From a virus (Duplodnaviria; Heunggongvirae; Uroviricota; Caudoviricetes), in IMG/VR virus record IMGVR_UViG_2690316278_000001: 15,537 bases of DNA; one strand, given 5' to 3'. The notes below the pieces were generated by a model. The model saw nothing but the letters and a program-made list of their open reading frames with translations, was not told the origin of the DNA and made no database searches. The position numbers and the translations under genes are program-made. Below are positions 10,958 to 15,537 of this stretch, one piece after another (positions within the stretch are counted from its first letter, which is position 1; every line of letters starts with the position of its first letter).

Positions 10958-11380
10958 ATGTTCCTGAAAACCGAATCATTTGAACATAACGGTGTGACCG
11001 TCACGCTTTCTGAACTGTCAGCCCTGCAGCGTATTGAGCATCTCGACCTGATGAAACGGCAGGCAGAACAGGCGGAGTCAGACAGCAACCGGAAGTTTAC
11101 TGTGGAAGACGCCATCAGAACCGGCGCTTTTGTGGTTGCGATGTCCCTGTGGCATAACCATCCGAAGAAGACGCAGATGCCGTCCATGAATGAAGCCGTT
11201 AAACAGATTGAGCAGGAAGTGCTTACCACCTGGCCCACAGAGGCAATTTCTCATGCTGAAAACGTGGTGTACCGGCTGTCCGGTATGTATGAGTTTGTGG
11301 TGAATGATGCTCCTGAACAGGCAGAGGACGCCGGGCCTGCAGAGCCTGTTTCTGCGGGAAAGTGTTCGACGGTGAGCTGA
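10958..11380 (+). CDS. G: tail assembly chaperone gpG
   Basis: 140-aa ORF MFLKTESFEHNGVTVTLSELSALQRIEHLDLMKRQAEQAES... matching lambda gpG; contains the slippery site near its 3' end. Confidence 0.92.
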   Translation: MFLKTESFEHNGVTVTLSELSALQRIEHLDLMKRQAEQAESDSNRKFTVEDAIRTGAFVVAMSLWHNHPKKTQMPSMNEAVKQIEQEVLTTWPTEAISHAENVVYRLSGMYEFVVNDAPEQAEDAGPAEPVSAGKCSTVS

Positions 11381-11796
11381 GTTTTGCCCTGAAACTGGCG
11401 CGTGAGATGGGGCGACCCGACTGGCGCGCCATGCTTGCCGGGATGTCATCCACGGAGTATGCCGACTGGCACCGCTTTTACAGTACCCATTATTTTCATG
11501 ATGTTCTGCTGGATATGCACTTTTCCGGGCTGACGTACACCGTGCTCAGCCTGTTTTTCAGCGATCCGGAGATGCATCCGCTGGATTTCAGTCTGCTGAA
11601 CCGGCGCGAGGCTGACGAAGAGCCTGAAGATGATGTGCTGATGCAGAAAGCGGCAGGGCTTGCCGGAGGTGTCCGCTTTGGCCCGGACGGGAATGAAGTT
11701 ATCCCCGCTTCCCCGGATGTGGCGGACATGACGGAGGATGACGTAATGCTGATGACAGTATCAGAAGGGATCGCAGGAGGAGTCCGGTATGGCTGA
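10958..11796 (+). CDS. G-T: tail assembly chaperone gpG-T fusion made by programmed -1 ribosomal frameshift (slippery heptamer G GGA AAG at 11356-11362)
   Basis: The -1 frame ORF 11362..11796 (T segment, 144 codons) begins exactly at the GGGAAAG heptamer in the last codons of G and ends just after the H start. This is the classical lambda G/GT arrangement. Confidence 0.85.
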
Positions 11797-14397
11797 ACCG
11801 GTAGGCGATCTGGTCGTTGATTTGAGTCTGGATGCGGCCAGATTTGACGAGCAGATGGCCAGAGTCAGGCGTCATTTTTCCGGTACGGAAAGTGATGCGA
11901 AAAAAACAGCGGCAGTCGTTGAACAGTCGCTGAGCCGACAGGCGCTGGCTGCACAGAAAGCGGGGATTTCCGTCGGGCAGTATAAAGCCGCCATGCGTAT
12001 GCTGCCTGCACAGTTCAACGACGTGGCCACGCAGCTTGCAGGGGGGCAGAATCCCTGGCTGATCCTGCTGCAACAGGGTGGTCAGGTTAAGGACTCCTTC
12101 GGCGGGATGATCCCCATGTTCAGGGGGCTTGCCGGCGCGATCACCCTGCCGATGGTGGGGGCCACCTCGCTGGCGGTGGCGACCGGTGCGCTGGCGTATG
12201 CCTGGTATCAGGGCAACTCAACCCTGTCCGATTTCAACAAAACGCTGGTCCTTTCCGGTAATCAGGCGGGACTGACGGCAGATCGTATGCTGGTCCTGTC
12301 CAGAGCCGGGCAGGCGGCAGGGCTGACGTTTAACCAGACCAGCGAGTCACTCAGCGCACTGGTTAAGGCGGGGGTAAGCGGTGAGGCTCAGATTGCGTCC
12401 ATCAGCCAGAGTGTGGCGCGTTTCTCCTCTGCATCCGGCGTGGAGGTGGACAAGGTCGCTGAAGCCTTCGGGAAGCTGACCACAGACCCGACGTCGGGGC
12501 TGACGGCGATGGCACGCCAGTTCCATAACGTGACGGCGGANNNNNNNNNNNNNNNNNNNNNNNNNNNNNNNNNNNNNNGACGGCGGAGCAGATTGCGTAT
12601 GTTGCTCAGTTGCAGCGTTCCGGCGATGAAGCCGGGGCATTGCAGGCGGCGAACGAGGCCGCAACGAAAGGGTTTGATGACCAGACCCGCCGCCTGAAAG
12701 AGAACATGGGCACGCTGGAGACCTGGGCAGACAGGACTGCACGTGCATTCAAATCCATGTGGGATGCGGTGCTGGATATTGGTCGTCCTGATACCGCGCA
12801 GGAGATGCTGATTAAGGCAGAGGCTGCGTTTAAGAAAGCAGACGACATCTGGAATCTGCGCAAGGATGATTATTTCGTTAACGATGAAGCACGGGCGCGT
12901 TACTGGGATGATCGTGAAAAAAAACGCCTGGAGCGGGATGCAGCCCAAAAGAGGGTAGATCAACAGCGTCAACAGGACAAAAATGCGCAGCAGCAGAGCG
13001 ATACCGAAGCGTCACGGCTGAAATATACCGAAGAGGCGCAGAAGGCTTACGAACGGCTGCAGACGCCGCTGGAGAAATATACCGCCCGTCAGGAAGAACT
13101 GAACAAGGCACTGAAAGACGGAAAAATCCTGCAGGCAGATTACAACACGCTGATGGCGGCGGCGAAAAAGGATTATGAAGCGACGCTGAAAAAGCCGAAA
13201 CAGTCCGGCGTGAAGGTGTATGCGGGCGATCGTCAGGAAGACAGTGCTCATGCGGCCCTGCTGACGCTTCAGGCAGAACTCCGGACGCTGGAGAAGCATG
13301 CCGGAGCGAATGAGAAAATCAGCCAGCAGCGCCGGGATTTGTGGAAGGCAGAAAGTCAGTTCGCGGTACTGGAGGAGGCGGCACAACGTCGCCAGCTGTC
13401 CGCACAGGAGAAATCCCTGCTGGCGCATAAAGACGAGACGCTGGAGTACAAACGCCAGCTGGCTGCACTTGGTGACAAGGTTACGTATCAGGAGCACCTG
13501 AATGCGCTGGCGCAGCAGGCGGATAAATTCGCACAGCAGCAACGGGCAAAACGGGCAGCCATTGATGCGAAAAACCGGGGGCTGACTGACCGGCAGGCAG
13601 CGCGGGAAGCCACGGAACAGCGCCTGAAGGAACAGTATGGCGATAATCCTCTGGCGCTGAATAACGTCATGTCAGAGCAGAAAAAGACCTGGGCGGCTGA
13701 AGACCAGCTTCGCGGGAGCTGGATGGCAGGCCTGAAGTCCGGCTGGAGTGAGTGGGAAGAGAGCGCCACGGACAGTATGTCACAGGTTAAAAGTGCAGCC
13801 ACGCAGACCTTTGATGGTATTGCACAGAATATGGCGGCGATGCTGACCGGCAGTGAACAGAACTGGCGCAGCTTCACCCGCTCCGTGCTGTCCATGATGA
13901 CAGAAATTCTGCTTAAGCAGGCAATGGTGGGGATTGTCGGGAGTATCGGCAGCGCCATTGGCGGGGCTGTTGGTGGCGGCGCATCCGCGTCAGGTGGTAC
14001 AGCCATTCAGGCCGCTGCGGCGAAATTCCATTTTGCAACCGGGGGATTTACGGGAACCGGCGGCAAATATGAGCCAGCGGGGATTGTTCACCGTGGTGAA
14101 TTTGTCTTCACGAAGGAGGCAACCAGCCGGATTGGCGTGGGGAATCTCTACCGGCTGATGCGCGGCTATGCGGAAGGTGGTTATGTGGGCGGTGCCGGAA
14201 GTCCGGCGCAGATGCGGCGGGCTGAAGGCATTAATTTTAATCAGAACAATCACGTGGTGATTCAGAACGACGGTACGAATGGTCTGCCAGGTCCACAGAT
14301 GATGAAGGCCGTGTATGACATGGCCCGCAAGGGTGCCCGTGATGAAATTCAGACACAGATGCGTGATGGTGGCCAGTTCTCCGGAGGTGGACGATGA
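11789..14397 (+). CDS. H: tail tape measure protein (gpH); reading frame broken in this assembly by a scaffold artefact at 12541-12587
   Basis: Two track ORFs (11789..12697 and 12610..14397) are the N- and C-terminal parts of one gene. Removing the 38-N run plus the 9-nt duplicated GACGGCGGA (47 nt) joins ...ARQFHNVTA to EQIAYVAQLQRSGDEAG... in frame and gives 853 aa, the length of lambda gpH. Long K/R/E/Q-rich helical middle and Gly-rich C-terminal segment are typical of tape measure proteins. Confidence 0.88.
12541..12578. other. assembly gap (N-run) inside H, flanked by duplicated GACGGCGGA
   Basis: 38 n characters with 9 nt repeated on both sides (12532-12540 and 12579-12587); produces an apparent frameshift. 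Confidence 0.85.
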
Positions 14398-14723
14398 AAA
14401 CCTTCCGCTGGAAAGTGAAACCCGGTATGGATGTGGCTTCGGCCCCTTCTGTAAGAAAGGTGCGCTTTGGTGATGGTTATTCCCAGCGAGCGCCTGCCGG
14501 GCTGAATGCCAACCTGAAAACGTACAGCGTGACGCTTTCTGTCCCCCGTGAGGAGGCCATGGTACTGGAGTCGTTTCTGGAAGAGCACGGGGGCTGGAAA
14601 GCCTTTCTGTGGACGCCGCCTTATGAGTGGCGGCAGATAAAGGTGACCTGCGCAAAATGGTCGTCGCGGGTCAGTATGCTGCGTGTTGAGTTCAGCGCAG
14701 AGTTTGAACAGGTGGTGAACTGA
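14394..14723 (+). CDS. M: tail tip protein gpM
   Basis: 109-aa ORF MKTFRWKVKPGMDVASAPSVRKVRFGDGYSQRAPAGLNANLKTYSVTLS... matching lambda gpM. GGAGGTGG Shine-Dalgarno; ATGA overlap with the H stop. Confidence 0.93.
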   Translation: MKTFRWKVKPGMDVASAPSVRKVRFGDGYSQRAPAGLNANLKTYSVTLSVPREEAMVLESFLEEHGGWKAFLWTPPYEWRQIKVTCAKWSSRVSMLRVEFSAEFEQVVN

Positions 14724-15421
14724 TGCAGGATATCCGGCAGGAAACACTGAATGAATGCACCCGTGCGGAGCAGTCGGCCAGCGTGGTGCTCTGGGAAATC
14801 GATCTGACAGAGGTCGGTGGAGAACGTTATTTTTTCTGTAATGAGCAGAACGAAAAAGGTGAGCCGGTCACCTGGCAGGGGCGACAGTATCAGCCGTATC
14901 CCATTCAGGGGAGTGGTTTTGAACTGAATGGCAAAGGCACCAGTACGCGCCCCACGCTGATGGTTTCTAACCTGTACGGTATGGTCACCGGGATGGCGGA
15001 AGATCTACAGAGTCTGGTCGGCGGAACGGTGGTCCGGCGTAAGGTTTACGCCCGTTTTCTGGATGCGGTGAACTTCGTCAACGGAAACAGTGACGCCGAT
15101 CCGGAGCAGGAGGTGATCAGCCGCTGGCGCATTGAGCAGTGCAGCGAACTGAGCGCGGTGAGTGCCTCTTTTGTACTGTCCACGCCGACGGAAACAGATG
15201 GCGCTGTTTTTCCGGGACGTATCATGCTGGCCAACACCTGCACCTGGACCTATCGCGGCGATGAGTGCGGTTATCACGGTCCGGCGGTCGCGGATGAATA
15301 TGACCAGCCAACGTCCGACATCACGAAGGATAAATGCAGCAAATGCCTGAGTGGCTGTAAGTTTCGCAATAACGTCGGCAACTTTGGCGGCTTCCTTTCC
15401 ATTAACAAACTTTCGCAGTAA
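14723..15421 (+). CDS. L: tail tip protein gpL (C-terminal cysteine cluster consistent with the reported Fe-S domain)
   Basis: 232-aa ORF MQDIRQETLNECTRAEQSASVVLWEIDLTEVGGERYFFCNEQNEKGEP... matching lambda gpL. C-terminal Cys residues in CTWTYRGDECGY...CSKCLSGC. TGATG overlap with M. Confidence 0.93.
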   Translation: MQDIRQETLNECTRAEQSASVVLWEIDLTEVGGERYFFCNEQNEKGEPVTWQGRQYQPYPIQGSGFELNGKGTSTRPTLMVSNLYGMVTGMAEDLQSLVGGTVVRRKVYARFLDAVNFVNGNSDADPEQEVISRWRIEQCSELSAVSASFVLSTPTETDGAVFPGRIMLANTCTWTYRGDECGYHGPAVADEYDQPTSDITKDKCSKCLSGCKFRNNVGNFGGFLSINKLSQ

Positions 15422-15426
15422 ATCCC

Positions 15427-15537
15427 ATGACAGAGACAGAATCAGCGATTCTGGCGCACGCCCGGCGATGTGCTCCAGCGGAGTCGTGCGGCTTCGTGGT
15501 AAGAACGCCGGAGGGGGAAAGATATTTCCCCTGCGTG
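15427..15537 (+). CDS. K: tail tip assembly protein gpK, 5' partial (continues beyond the window)
   Basis: ATG at 15427 opens a frame that runs to the window end: MTETESAILAHARRCAPAESCGFVVRTPEGERYFPCV, the N-terminal region of lambda-type gpK as I remember it. No strong Shine-Dalgarno; the true start could be a downstream in-frame codon. Confidence 0.6.
   Translation, partial: MTETESAILAHARRCAPAESCGFVVRTPEGERYFPCV

Overview
This window is the left arm of a lambda-like (lambdoid siphovirus) genome or prophage, read on the + strand. From memory, without any search, the gene order and protein sequences match phage lambda very closely: cos site, then Nu1, A, W, B, C with nested Nu3, D, E, FI, FII, Z, U, V, G with the G-T frameshift, H, M, L and the first codons of K. 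All are on the + strand, tightly packed, and many junctions overlap as ATGA or TGATG. No tRNA, rRNA, CRISPR array, integrase or transposase is visible. Three N-runs are scaffold joins: the ones in D and H are flanked by duplicated sequence and break those genes only artificially. The only non-structural part is the left ~940 bp, upstream of cos: a small ribbon-helix-helix-like gene followed on the same (minus) strand by a strongly AT-rich 136-codon ORF of unknown function, plus a partial ORF running off the left edge. That two-gene cassette is the best candidate for an accessory or uncharacterised function here, but its role cannot be determined from sequence alone. The rest is a canonical morphogenesis module. 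A second point worth checking is that the cosN core differs from the canonical lambda cohesive-end sequence while the flanking cos elements are conserved.
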